In this document: piece after piece, positions 63,687 through 64,000 of the stretch
Numbering within the stretch: position 1 is the first letter of the stretch
Layout: each line of letters opens with the position of its first letter
DNA from: Chamaesiphon sp.
Lineage (GTDB): Bacteria > Cyanobacteriota > Cyanobacteriia > Cyanobacteriales > Chamaesiphonaceae
Assembly: GCA_965246715.1 (NCBI GenBank)
Contig: CBDFFH010000015.1
Span: 375,279-439,278 of the forward strand
DNA length: 64,000 nucleotides
Reading direction: 5' to 3'
Translations under genes and position numbers: made by a program
Notes under the pieces: generated by a model
What the model saw: the letters and a program-made list of their open reading frames with translations, nothing else
Databases searched by the model: none
What the model was told of the DNA's origin: nothing

Positions 63687-64000
63687 TAGCTGACTTATTT
63701 TATCAGGGGATGGGTCGGTTAGGAATTAGGGGAAAGGGGAAAGGTGACGATCGAGTGTTAAAGTATAATTCCTCACTCATGATTCCGGCCCTAATTTATC
63801 AAGTTTTGACTGTAGCTAAGTAGCGATCGACTGTTTGAGAACCTGTCCCACTATACTTAACTCGCCCTTGTTCGAGCCAAATTGCTTTATTACAAGAAGT
63901 ACTGATAAATTCAAGGTCGTGGGAGACGACTAAGACGGTAGTGTCGCCGTTGAGAAAGTTGTCGATCCGCCGCTGACATTTATTTTTGAAGCTTTGATCG

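Noticed and set aside
1..64000. tRNA or rRNA genes, prophage
   Set aside because: No cloverleaf, rRNA-like sequence, integrase or phage structural genes recognised

Overview
Cyanobacterial chromosomal segment, Chamaesiphon-like by general protein character (not verified). Evidence for the phylum: psaF/J/L, a SigG-type ECF sigma/anti-sigma pair, pmgA and very dense HIP1 GCGATCGC/CGATCG sites. The backbone is housekeeping genes: pcrA 3' end, rpsF, gcvH/gcvP, rlmD, plsC, ilvD, bioD, def, efp-accB, proS, hisB, recJ, PBP1A, tsaD. Accessory content: a PatA + CheW-CheW + 2 MCP + CheA (frameshifted) + REC + CheB chemosensory cluster, a DUF433/DUF5615 toxin-antitoxin pair, an IS4 element nested in a MITE, an IS5-family element inside a decayed hybrid kinase, and many short repeats. 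Best candidates for undescribed biology: (1) a Cas4-like nuclease resembling the cyanobacterial Argonaute-associated type, with no Argonaute beside it but tightly coupled to a degenerate Shedu/DUF4263-like protein; (2) a four-helix-bundle gene framed by inverted heptamer arrays inside the chemosensory operon, part of a window-wide orientation rule for heptamer repeats; (3) a 24-bp in-frame mini-element inserted in a HIP1 core; (4) a rhomboid plus catalytically dead rhomboid pair; (5) an unannotated 49-aa AtpTheta-like ORF. All family calls come from motif recognition, not database searches.
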